Shown in pieces: positions 53,494 to 53,696 of a stretch of DNA of 53,696 nt (position 1 is the first letter of the stretch; each line of letters starts with the position of its first letter). The DNA is taken from NCBI GenBank assembly GCA_039794045.1, contig JBAMLY010000015.1, positions 6,404 to 60,099 of the forward strand. Reading direction: 5' to 3'. The notes below the pieces were generated by a model. That model had not been told where the DNA came from. It did no database searches and worked only from the letters and a program-made list of their open reading frames with translations. The position numbers and the translations under genes were made by a program. This stretch comes from Candidatus Micrarchaeia archaeon. Lineage in GTDB: Archaea > Micrarchaeota > Micrarchaeia > Norongarragalinales > UBA8480.

Positions 53494-53696
53494 GTGTACA
53501 AGAAAATCGCAGCAATAATCCTCGTGCTCGCCGTGGCCTCTATTCTAGCCGCGTTCTCGCTCCCCCAAAACAATTTTCATTCTCAGTCAAGCGCTTCCCG
53601 CGCTTACCACGCCGAGTTCAAGAAACGCCCCGGCTACTTCACAGACTACTGCATGTTGGCGAAGGAAGCAAGCTTTGCTCGTCCCAACTTTGCACT
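53494..53696 (+). CDS. Secreted or membrane-anchored protein (partial, runs off the window)
   Basis: GTG 53494 after AAGGAG. MYKKIAAIILVLAVASILAAFSLP signal or anchor; frame open to the window end. Confidence 0.6.
   Translation, partial: MYKKIAAIILVLAVASILAAFSLPQNNFHSQSSASRAYHAEFKKRPGYFTDYCMLAKEASFARPNFA

Noticed and set aside
1-53696. CRISPR array, rRNA, IS element or prophage
   Set aside because: No regularly spaced repeats, rRNA-like sequence, transposase, integrase or capsid motifs were recognised.

Overview
This is a chromosomal segment of an archaeon, almost certainly DPANN (Micrarchaeota-like by inference). The evidence is an archaeal PolB with a PIP box, fibrillarin/Nop5, archaeal-type GlyRS, type II MetAP, BHB-intron tRNAs, TATA/BRE promoters and a short histone. 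No rRNA, CRISPR array, integrase or transposase was seen. The left half (0.1-31 kb) holds three paralogous giant N-terminally anchored surface proteins (about 2370, 2685 and 2745 aa). They share a register-matched stalk of six carboxypeptidase-regulatory-like repeats, and two end in Gly/Ala-rich, potentially membrane-inserting segments. They are followed by a PsbP-like protein, an 11-residue-repeat protein, six small membrane proteins (three paralogous), a coiled-coil protein and a HerA/VirB4-like protein with degenerate Walker motifs. Together these are a candidate host-attachment or penetration apparatus (inference only). The right half is mainly housekeeping (porCDAB, polB, map, sua5, flpA, nop5, glyS) with Ig-like surface proteins and GT-C glycosyltransferases, one of them split with its halves in swapped order. 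The most directly verifiable novelty is a tandem [tRNA-Arg + cysteine-hydrolase-like ORF] duplication. tRNA-Arg(UCG) has three BHB introns (19/20, 37/38, 59/60) and tRNA-Arg(CCG) has two. Their 59/60 introns are identical, and the 19/20 intron of one is visibly homologous to the 37/38 intron of the other, which suggests intron movement between tRNA positions. A 57-aa histone-fold gene missed by the ORF track lies at 53261-53434. All family assignments come from motif recognition by eye; no database searches were run.
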